From the IMG/VR virus record IMGVR_UViG_3300037722_001025, positions 1 through 64,000 of that record: a DNA stretch of 64,000 nt. One strand, 5' to 3'. Under the pieces are notes generated by a model that was given only the letters and a program-made list of their open reading frames with translations, did not search any database and was not told the origin of the DNA. Of this stretch, positions 57,060 to 64,000 are shown piece after piece. Positions within the stretch are counted from its first letter, which is position 1; the number at the start of each line of letters is the position of its first letter. This stretch comes from a virus. The position numbers and the translations under genes are program-made.

Positions 57060-57360
57060 CATTCGGAGCCATGCGGTGTAGGTGGGAAGGTTTCACATTC
57101 CCACGGGCGGCTCCAGGCATTCGGAAGGACACGGCCACATTCCCAACCTCACATTCCCACGGACGGCTCCACATTCCCACGGGCACGGCTGGTGGACCCG
57201 AGGCTCACATTCCCACGGGCATCTCCTCGGGTCCACCGCTCCACACGGCTCCTCCTAGGGTGGCGGCTCCTCGGAGGACATTCAGGCGTTGGCGGTGTAG
57301 AGGTACAGTATTCAAAGGAATGGCCCCGGAGCAGGCCCGGGGCGAGGGAAAGGGTTCTAG
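57060..57360. repeat. GC-rich cluster of CACATTCCCA(CGG) and CGGCTCC repeats with a 13-bp inverted repeat
   Basis: CACATTCCCA at 57094, 57136, 57150, 57170, 57206; GGTGGACCCGAGG / CCTCGGGTCCACC at 57191-57237. Confidence 0.85.
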
Positions 57361-57544
57361 GTGAGGCACTTCAGCAGTGCCAGCAATACGACGAATGCAG
57401 ATATATGATTAATCATATATCACGTCATATCAGTGAAGCAAGAAAAACAAAAAGAGCAGTCTGCAACGAGCACAGAACGAAACAAACAAGCTTGTTTTTG
57501 AGAGATTCTTTGCATGTAGTGACTTGCATAATTATCATCTTTCT

Positions 57545-57584
57545 ATGCTTGCAAGCTTGATATGTGAATCAAGCTTGCAAGCAT
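57545..57584 (-). terminator. terminator hairpin built without GG/CC
   Basis: 17-bp perfect stem ATGCTTGCAAGCTTGAT / ATCAAGCTTGCAAGCAT just after the stop codon. Confidence 0.75.
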
Positions 57585-57593
57585 CAGATTGTT

Positions 57594-58088
57594 TTATTCA
57601 GCGACGACGAACTTGAAACGCTTGTTATCAGAAGTATCAGTCACACGTTTTGCATGTGTACAGTTTTTCATGATGTAAACGCAGTGTGACTTGATACGTG
57701 CTTCTGAACATTCTGTAATTTTCATCAGCTCTTTCATGCTGTGAAATTCTTCAAGCGCGCGATCAATACGATAATTCTGTCGAGTGCTTTCGAGAAGTCT
57801 GCAAAACTTCGAAGTCGTTGAAGTCGACGCAGATTGATTTCTTTTCACTTGTGCATTGTCAATCATGCGTTGCTCGATAGCTTGCACTTGCTCTTCACGA
57901 GTCATGCAAGCAAACTGTTCAGCGTCGATGTTGAGCAGTTGAGCATGATTTTTTCTGTCGAGTGCTTGAGTATCATAAGCTTGATTCATCTTGAGTGCTT
58001 CACTGTGAATCAGATACGAAGTGATCTTGCAGTGAGCTGAAAGCTTGACAGTCTTCTGAGTGTTGTTCTTTTTAGATTGCTTTTTCAT
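57594..58088 (-). CDS. first early gene: Gly/Pro/Trp-free winged-helix-like DNA-binding protein
   Basis: Paralog of the 48071-48823 C-domain; start 58088 preceded by GAGAGAGAAAG; own promoter and terminator. Confidence 0.7.
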   Translation of the reverse strand: MKKQSKKNNTQKTVKLSAHCKITSYLIHSEALKMNQAYDTQALDRKNHAQLLNIDAEQFACMTREEQVQAIEQRMIDNAQVKRNQSASTSTTSKFCRLLESTRQNYRIDRALEEFHSMKELMKITECSEARIKSHCVYIMKNCTHAKRVTDTSDNKRFKFVVAE

Positions 58089-58148
58089 TAACAATCTTCT
58101 TTCTCTCTCATTAATGAGAGCTGATTGAAGCATCATTGCTTCATTATC

Positions 58149-58176
58149 AATATAGCATAGTGCAAGCTATGTGCAA
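58149..58176 (-). promoter_or_regulatory. class I (early) promoter inside the GG/CC-free tract
   Basis: gcTTGCAC-16 nt (ending TGC)-TATATT. Confidence 0.7.
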
Positions 58177-58221
58177 GCAAACAAATCATTTTTTTCAGAA
58201 AAAGAGCAAATCGATTTAAGA

Positions 58222-58327
58222 GCTGTTTTTGTGCGAAATAGAGCTATTTCTAGAAAAGCATAGCAACTCAAGCACATATCACTAATGAGAGCTTAAATTG
58301 CTGTTTTTGTGCGAAATAGAGCTATTT
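58222..58327. repeat. 28-bp perfect direct repeat (58222-58249, 58300-58327)
   Basis: GCTGTTTTTGTGCGAAATAGAGCTATTT twice. Confidence 0.9.
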
Positions 58328-58518
58328 TGTGATTTGAGATAGAATCTTTTTTTCACTGCTGAGATCAATCGTAGTTATCATATACAAGCAGATCACGGGA
58401 TTATATTTGCTTAATAAATATAAAAATGTAATGATTTCAAGTACTTAGCCCCCCTCGATCTATCTTCATTAGAAGATTTTTTGATGTGAACGTAGGACCC
58501 AACCATAATTTTTTCCAT

Positions 58519-58602
58519 ATTTACGGAAGTTGGTCACCTTTCCTCTTAAAAGCTCAGTAATTATCATAAATTTACAGAAGTTGGTCACCTTTCCTCTTAA
58601 AA
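58519..58602. repeat. 33-bp direct repeat (58519-58551, 58570-58602)
   Basis: ATTTAC(G/A)GAAGTTGGTCACCTTTCCTCTTAAAA, one mismatch. Confidence 0.9.
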
Positions 58603-58824
58603 TCGCTGATATCTGCCAACTGTTATCTGGTATCTGAAATCTGCCTCCCTATACAGGTACAAAAATATCGCCGACTCAGATTTCGAATTTATAGCAAAGG
58701 TAAGTGTATCGCCTCGAAGCCCCAACTGTAGGCATTAGCAGAATTCCCAGGTAAAAAGAGCCAAAATAAATATGCTTGACATACATTACAGAACCATAAT
58801 AGGATGAACCAAAAGGAGGATAAA

Positions 58825-59391
58825 ATGGCACTCAAAGAGCCCGAAGAATCTAAAGAGTATCACAAACCAGTAATCGACATTGCTAACAATTCGATGATGA
58901 AAGGTGAAGTACGAGAAGGGAAGCAACTGATAGCTTGGGATTCCATCCAAGATTGTAATACCGAAAGATGCCCCATAGGTAAAACCTGCTTGTATGCGAG
59001 GATATCGAAGGAGAAGTGCGCTTTGCAGGTAGGATACCTGCAAAACCTCACTGATACGATATTCTCTACCTACAGATACCTTGATGAAACCTCGATGTTT
59101 AAGATAGGTATGCACCTCATACCTTTGTACTCCCAGCTTTGTCGCCAGAAGATAGTTGAAAAATCAGTAGGACGATTAGCATATGAGGACGAGAAGGGAC
59201 GAACTCATATCCACCCAATATATAAAGAGATACGTGAGACCATGAAGGTCATAACTATCTTGTGGCGGGAAATGGGATTCCCAGTAGCAATGAATCCTGA
59301 CGTGCCTACAGGTAAAGCAGGATTCGGGGATGCCTCACATTATGAGACGATATCTCGGGAAGCTGACAATAAGAGGAACATTGTCCGATAA
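58825..59391 (+). CDS. putative terminase small subunit
   Basis: First gene of the packaging operon; G...IHPIY.E motif resembles P27-type TerS; SD AAGGAGG. Confidence 0.5.
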   Translation: MALKEPEESKEYHKPVIDIANNSMMKGEVREGKQLIAWDSIQDCNTERCPIGKTCLYARISKEKCALQVGYLQNLTDTIFSTYRYLDETSMFKIGMHLIPLYSQLCRQKIVEKSVGRLAYEDEKGRTHIHPIYKEIRETMKVITILWREMGFPVAMNPDVPTGKAGFGDASHYETISREADNKRNIVR

Positions 59392-59414
59392 CCTCTACAC
59401 AGGAGAGTTAGAAA

Positions 59415-59657
59415 ATGCGACTGGACATCCGGGAAGGGTTTACTGAGGAATGCCTGAAACATGTTGTAGTAGACACTTTGACAAAGCAGATAATTTGGGA
59501 TGTAGTTGCCGCAGATGATTCCTTAGGGATGTACCTGATACATAACGATGAAGAAAAGACTATTGAACTGGGGGAATACCGAACAGTTATGAACCCAAAC
59601 ATCAAGATCGTACCTATAAAAGAAATAATCAACGGTATTTGGATAGGAGGAGAATAA
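59415..59657 (+). CDS. hypothetical protein
   Basis: SD AGGAG; operon tiling. Confidence 0.55.
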   Translation: MRLDIREGFTEECLKHVVVDTLTKQIIWDVVAADDSLGMYLIHNDEEKTIELGEYRTVMNPNIKIVPIKEIINGIWIGGE

Positions 59658-60094
59658 TGAGCTTTCCTAGATATCCTGAACGGTGCTTGCGGGGGAATTC
59701 AAGATGTCAGCCCTATAGCCAGATCGCTTCAAACGTAGGACTTGTAGAGGATCAAAGCTTTTTCTGTTGCGGTAAGCATGATGGAACTATGGCACCTGTA
59801 GCCCAGGACAAATATACACTTTGCTTCAAAGGACCTCATCGGGACGACATGGTTTTCATGGATCGTAGGGACTTGGTAGATCAAGCTCATGTAATCCTTG
59901 CTGCTCTCAGCTTCATAGAGCTAGATATGATGGAAGAGAAAGATGAGGAAATAACCCATCTGAAGTCCGTGATATCGGGACAGCGGATAGCAATATCCTA
60001 TGCCACTATCCTAAATAACGGACTTTCAAACAACGAGCCTGTAGATAGGATTCTGAGAGAAGTATACCTTAAATACCAAGGAGAAGACGAATGA
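59657..60094 (+). CDS. hypothetical protein
   Basis: Start re-assigned to 59657 (AGGAGG). Confidence 0.55.
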   Translation: MSFPRYPERCLRGNSRCQPYSQIASNVGLVEDQSFFCCGKHDGTMAPVAQDKYTLCFKGPHRDDMVFMDRRDLVDQAHVILAALSFIELDMMEEKDEEITHLKSVISGQRIAISYATILNNGLSNNEPVDRILREVYLKYQGEDE

Positions 60095-60657
60095 AGAAAA
60101 TCTTGCTGTTATTCTCGGTATTTCTGTTCTTGACTTCCAGCTGTTTTGCAGAAGGGTATAACCGCGAGGAGTTCGGAGGATGGATTGATGCTGATGGTGA
60201 CGGACAAGATACCAGAGAGGAAGTGCTGATAGAGGAATCTCTTATTCCTTTGACTTATTCCTTAAGAAAAGCATGGGAACTCTTCCCTATATTCGGGCTG
60301 TTCTATTGTGAACTGACAGGACAATATGAGACGGATCCAGGACTTCTGGACATCGATCACCGAGTTCCTCTCAAAGAAGCCTATGAATCAGGAGCCAAGA
60401 ACTGGCCGAAAGAAAAGAAAGTTGCCTACGCTAATTATCTAGATAACCCCAATCACCTTGTAGCTGTTATGGCAGGAGCTAATCGATCAAAAGGATCGAA
60501 GGACGTAGCTTTGTGGTTACCTATCGTAAATAAGACGGAATACATGGAGAAGTGGATAGAAATTAAGGAAGAATGGAATCTCTGTTATGACCCTGCCGAA
60601 GAAATCGTCTTATCAAATCATGGATTTACGGTAACTAACATCTGCTCTGATGAGTGA
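60091..60657 (+). CDS. secreted HNH nuclease (DUF1524-like)
   Basis: Signal peptide; YNREEFGGW.D.DGDG.DTR, DIDHRVPL.EA, NRSKGSK. Confidence 0.75.
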   Translation: MKKILLLFSVFLFLTSSCFAEGYNREEFGGWIDADGDGQDTREEVLIEESLIPLTYSLRKAWELFPIFGLFYCELTGQYETDPGLLDIDHRVPLKEAYESGAKNWPKEKKVAYANYLDNPNHLVAVMAGANRSKGSKDVALWLPIVNKTEYMEKWIEIKEEWNLCYDPAEEIVLSNHGFTVTNICSDE

Positions 60658-60666
60658 GGATAAATC

Positions 60667-60882
60667 ATGATACGAATAATCCTGGCATATTTCGGTTATG
60701 CTAAAATTCCTGTAAAAGTTGTTCAGCTCTCAATCATGCAAGAGGAATATATTAAAAAATTAATAGATTTGAGGGATTCAGAAGATTGGAAACGACTATT
60801 TGAATCCCATTTAGAAGGTCAAAAGACACTAACTCACTTTCTGAGGTCTTGTAGATTATTAGATAGGGGTAGTAAGAAATGA
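60667..60882 (+). CDS. hypothetical protein
   Basis: SD GAGGA; ATGA overlap with TerL. Confidence 0.5.
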   Translation: MIRIILAYFGYAKIPVKVVQLSIMQEEYIKKLIDLRDSEDWKRLFESHLEGQKTLTHFLRSCRLLDRGSKK

Positions 60883-62807
60883 AACCAGTCCTGCTACGCA
60901 GAAAACCAGCACCTATCACACAGGAAGAGGTATATGATCCTTCTCTGTATGATCCTGATAAATTACCCCCATATCAGATATATGAACCTTTGGACTATCG
61001 TGATGGTCCTGAGGGCTTTATCAAGTGGTGTGAAGATAAGGTCTGTATCCCGATCTATCCTGAAGGAAGTGATATTGCCCAATGGGTCAGTATTAAGGAT
61101 TTGAGTCCTGACATCCACCCTAAATCAGGAAAAAGCTACGATCATATCTGGCAGATGCAGAAGGTAGAGATTCGTAAGTGCCTGAGAATGGTCAACGGGC
61201 GTTTTATTTATCGTCTGATCATACTGAGCTGGATGCGGGGGGAAGGAAAGTCACTCCTAGCTTGCCTTATTCAGTTATGGAAGTTTTTTAACTGGCCAAA
61301 GCAACAGATTGTCCTCGGAGCGAATAGTAAAGACCAGATTCGTTTCGTCCATTATGATATTATGAGGGACATCATCAAAAACAGTCCAACCCTGCTTGCA
61401 ATATGTGGGGATAGGAACGTTCAGGAGAAAGAAATACGCTTGCGGGATGCTTCAGGTAACGTTTCGTCAGTTTTGCGTCCCATATCGTCTTTTTCGGGTA
61501 TTGTGTCGAATATTACAGGATACACGTTTTCTGAGATATTTGACATGAAGAATCCGAAGTTTTTTACACAGTTAGACGGGTCTATAAGGAACATTCCGAA
61601 CGCTTTAGGGGTTATTGACTCTACAGTTTCCCCAAAAACCCACGTTTTATATAAAATGTACCAATCTTTTGTAGCTAGGCGCACTAAAACGCTCTTTTTC
61701 TCGTACCGATGCTCCAAAGAGGCTTCAATTGCTGATTATTGGAATCCAAATATGGACCAACAGCAGTTGGACGACTATAAAGAGAAATTCCCTCTAGGGG
61801 ACTTCGAAAAGTATTTCATGAATGTCTGGGGAAGTAATGCCCAGCAAGTTTTTACCGCAGAAATGCTTGAAGGGATGAATTATATAGGAATAAATAATAA
61901 AGTCACCCCTTACAGCGATATTAGAGAACACATTGCAAAGAAACTCAAGCTCAAACAGTCGGTAGAGGATCTAGTTCAGAGAGGAATACCTTGTGATTTT
62001 GAGACAGAACTTAAGGAAGTCAATTTACTGCAATCCCAATTGGTACCCGTAGAAAACATTTACCGACTGCGAGATAAGCATGGAATATCTTGTTCCGCTA
62101 CTCTTGCAGACCTAGATAAATTGGGGGAAATCTATGACACTAACTGGGCCGTCCTCGCAGGAATCGACCGAGCAGATCCACTCAAAAAAGACCGCACGTC
62201 GGCGAGAACTATTGTTACGATTACGGCAAAAGGTCTACCTGGAAGTAAATCAAATATCTTGGCTGCTGACGGTGGTAACCCTCAGTATATGTATATACTC
62301 CTTAATATCGTTCATGTTTCTGATAGTTTACTTGAGGGAATTAAAGAGGCGATTCTGGAAGCCCATGAAACGTTCGACGGAGTAGATGCAATATGTGGGG
62401 AGCGGTGGGGTATCTGGGACATGGCTCCTTGGTGTGATGAGCATGGAATTGTGTTTGAACCTATACACCCTTCTTATGATAAGCAGAAAGCCGCGTTTGC
62501 AGAGCTTCATGGGGCGATCAGTACGGGACGATTCAAGACACCACCCATAGCTGTATGGGGAAGCAAGAATGAAGACATTTTGAAGGAAGAAGCAGAAATC
62601 TTCTATCATGATGATGAGAAAAGATGGTTCGGATCACCCGAAAAGATGGAGAAAAATGGAGTACAGGACGATGTTATGTTTGCTGAAGGATGGGGCATCT
62701 ATGGAGGCCGACTATTCAAAGCTGACACTTTTAAAGAACGGAACCACAAGATATTTTTTGGTACTATGGTCAGAAACAAAGCACTCCTCACTTCAAATAT
62801 GAAATAG
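60879..62807 (+). CDS. terL: terminase large subunit
   Basis: Adenine-binding WQ.Q, Walker A MRGEGKS, ANSKDQ, ST coupling motif, RNase H-like nuclease AGIDRA...DDVMFA. Confidence 0.8.
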   Translation: MKPVLLRRKPAPITQEEVYDPSLYDPDKLPPYQIYEPLDYRDGPEGFIKWCEDKVCIPIYPEGSDIAQWVSIKDLSPDIHPKSGKSYDHIWQMQKVEIRKCLRMVNGRFIYRLIILSWMRGEGKSLLACLIQLWKFFNWPKQQIVLGANSKDQIRFVHYDIMRDIIKNSPTLLAICGDRNVQEKEIRLRDASGNVSSVLRPISSFSGIVSNITGYTFSEIFDMKNPKFFTQLDGSIRNIPNALGVIDSTVSPKTHVLYKMYQSFVARRTKTLFFSYRCSKEASIADYWNPNMDQQQLDDYKEKFPLGDFEKYFMNVWGSNAQQVFTAEMLEGMNYIGINNKVTPYSDIREHIAKKLKLKQSVEDLVQRGIPCDFETELKEVNLLQSQLVPVENIYRLRDKHGISCSATLADLDKLGEIYDTNWAVLAGIDRADPLKKDRTSARTIVTITAKGLPGSKSNILAADGGNPQYMYILLNIVHVSDSLLEGIKEAILEAHETFDGVDAICGERWGIWDMAPWCDEHGIVFEPIHPSYDKQKAAFAELHGAISTGRFKTPPIAVWGSKNEDILKEEAEIFYHDDEKRWFGSPEKMEKNGVQDDVMFAEGWGIYGGRLFKADTFKERNHKIFFGTMVRNKALLTSNMK

Positions 62808-62815
62808 GAGATAAT

Positions 62816-63268
62816 ATGAACTTTTGTTGGGTTAAGAAAAAAGTATTACTTCTTATGAAGGAAGAAGGATGGAAGAAGTTTCCAAATGAAACTGGTGGTA
62901 TTTTGCTAGGTTATCGAAAAGATCGTTCAGCCGTAGTGACTCAATTAGTTGGTCCTGGTCCTTTAGCCAAACATGAACAGTTTGGATTTACTCCAGATTA
63001 TGGATTCCATATGTCAGAAGTGGATAGAATATTTGTAGAATCAGAAGGAACTGAAATTTATTTGGGTGATTGGCATACCCATCCTAAAGGATCTACAGAA
63101 TTAAGTGATTTGGATATAAAATGCCTTGATACGGTAGCAAAATATAAAGAGGCTTATAATCCCAATCCTCTGATGCTCGTTTTAGGTGGGAATCTAGATC
63201 GTTTGGGTGTGTATGGTTACTCTAAAGAACGAAAAGTGACAGGTTTACCATATGTTCTTTTCAGTTAA
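62816..63268 (+). CDS. stand-alone JAB/MPN (JAMM) metalloprotease
   Basis: ETGGILLG and intact JAMM motif GDWHTHP...LSDLD. Confidence 0.88.
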   Translation: MNFCWVKKKVLLLMKEEGWKKFPNETGGILLGYRKDRSAVVTQLVGPGPLAKHEQFGFTPDYGFHMSEVDRIFVESEGTEIYLGDWHTHPKGSTELSDLDIKCLDTVAKYKEAYNPNPLMLVLGGNLDRLGVYGYSKERKVTGLPYVLFS

Positions 63269-63273
63269 CAGAT

Positions 63274-63564
63274 ATGAGCATTTCACAAATTGGAGTAGCT
63301 CACCGCTCAACACCGTGCTTCTCCGAACTGTTCTTGACACTCAAAATAGACGCAATTTGTGTCAGAAAGACAAATCCCATGAGTGATGATCCCAGAAAAG
63401 CTAAAACCTTAGGAGAAGCTTGTGAAAATGTAGATGGGTCATTTAACGGCATAAAAATGATATCCTGGTTATCAGAAGTGCTAAACCCAGGAAAAGGTAT
63501 ACCTGAAGAAGAAGTGCTTAAAATATGGGAAGAAGTAAGGGTTAAAAAGAATCAGAAAAAATAA
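63274..63564 (+). CDS. hypothetical protein (start uncertain)
   Basis: ORF between the JAB gene and the probable portal. Confidence 0.4.
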   Translation: MSISQIGVAHRSTPCFSELFLTLKIDAICVRKTNPMSDDPRKAKTLGEACENVDGSFNGIKMISWLSEVLNPGKGIPEEEVLKIWEEVRVKKNQKK

Positions 63565-63647
63565 TTCTTGGATATCAATATTTTACTTGATATGTCAAAA
63601 ATTGGGGTGTATTTTTATGATAACCAGGTAAACCAAGAGGCTATTAG

Positions 63648-64000
63648 ATGAAAAACAATTCTGAAAAATTGAAGATAGCCATATCAGCTCTTGAGGACCT
63701 AAATGATGGTGAGCTTGCGGGACTCAAGTTCTCTATGCCTTGGCAGATGGATGAAGAAGAAAGGTCCAAAAGTGATCCTGACTTCAGAAATTCAGCATCC
63801 GAAGAAATGAGTAGGGAAAAACTTCAGTTGTCTTGTTGGAACAAATTCAATGAAAATCCTCAAGTAGGAACCGCAGTAAAGGGTCAAGTAGGCAGATTAG
63901 CCGGCTACGGTTTTGAAGTCACCTCAGAAATTCCTGAAATACAAGATGCTATAGAGGAAGTGGAGTTAGATCCTAGAAATCGATTGTATACTTACTGGCC
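63648..64000 (+). CDS. probable portal protein (5' part, runs off the window)
   Basis: Open frame from ATG 63648 with GAGG SD; follows TerL; NP.V..AV...AGYGF pattern. Confidence 0.5.
   Translation, partial: MKNNSEKLKIAISALEDLNDGELAGLKFSMPWQMDEEERSKSDPDFRNSASEEMSREKLQLSCWNKFNENPQVGTAVKGQVGRLAGYGFEVTSEIPEIQDAIEEVELDPRNRLYTYW

Larger units (their letters stand above)
57381..58397. other. ~1 kb tract with no GG or CC dinucleotide
   Basis: Read line by line: last CC at 57380-81, next GG at 58397-98. Confidence 0.9.

Noticed and set aside
57060-57360. CRISPR array or coding ORFs (56932-57186, 57071-57364, 57192-57560) in the repeat cluster
   Set aside because: Repeats are only 10-13 bp with irregular spacing and no cas genes. 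The ORFs lack an RBS and look like by-products of GC-rich sequence.
57381-58397. GG/CC-free tract as a sequencing artefact or simple AT-richness
   Set aside because: The tract has abundant G and C (many GC, CG, AG, CA steps), keeps long A/T runs, and encodes an intact ORF alignable with a paralog. This argues against homopolymer-collapse error.
58222-58602. Mini-CRISPR arrays from the 28-bp and 33-bp repeat pairs
   Set aside because: Only two copies each, with 50-nt and 18-nt gaps, and the two pairs are unrelated to each other.
1-64000. Genome-wide stop-codon reassignment
   Set aside because: Core genes are intact under the standard code and TAA, TGA and TAG all end genes. Only one suspicious in-frame TGA was found.
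1-64000. tRNA genes, integrase, reverse transcriptase/DGR, IS elements
   Set aside because: None recognised by eye. A tRNAscan-SE run would be needed to fully exclude tRNAs.

Overview
This 64 kb window is part of a large lytic tailed dsDNA phage genome. No host genes, integrase or tRNAs were seen. Layout: (1-1.7 kb, +) end of a late lysis cassette; (1.7-41.8 kb, -) a self-contained replication/recombination block (ATP ligase, split SbcC plus SbcD, RuvC-like resolvase, 5'-3' exonuclease, RecA, gp32-like SSB, DnaX clamp loader, UDG-fused PolA, beta clamp, DnaB, primase, SF2 helicase) that contains a 7-deazaguanine DNA-modification cluster (folE, queD, queE, queC, dpdA) with extra tailoring candidates (radical SAM/SPASM, SAM methyltransferase, HAD phosphatase); (41.8-58.2 kb, mostly -) small early genes with sigma70-like promoters; (58.8-64 kb, +) packaging operon (putative TerS, TerL, probable portal) that includes a stand-alone JAB/MPN protease. 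Standout observation: 57381-58397 (about 1017 bp) contains no GG or CC dinucleotide at all. It carries a complete transcription unit whose promoter, ribosome-binding site, Gly/Pro/Trp-free gene and terminator all avoid GG/CC, and it lies between a GG/CC-rich repeat cluster and the terminase operon. I interpret it as a modification-free or target-free leading end of a genome that is probably modified at G. Other leads: a recurrent hydrophobic-RR terminal peptide on many DNA-metabolism proteins, a ~250-nt structured RNA, a C4/CI-like antisense element, a candidate attenuator upstream of the polymerase, two promoter classes, a candidate -1 frameshift and a possible UxxC selenoprotein. All family assignments come from motif recognition by eye; no searches were run.
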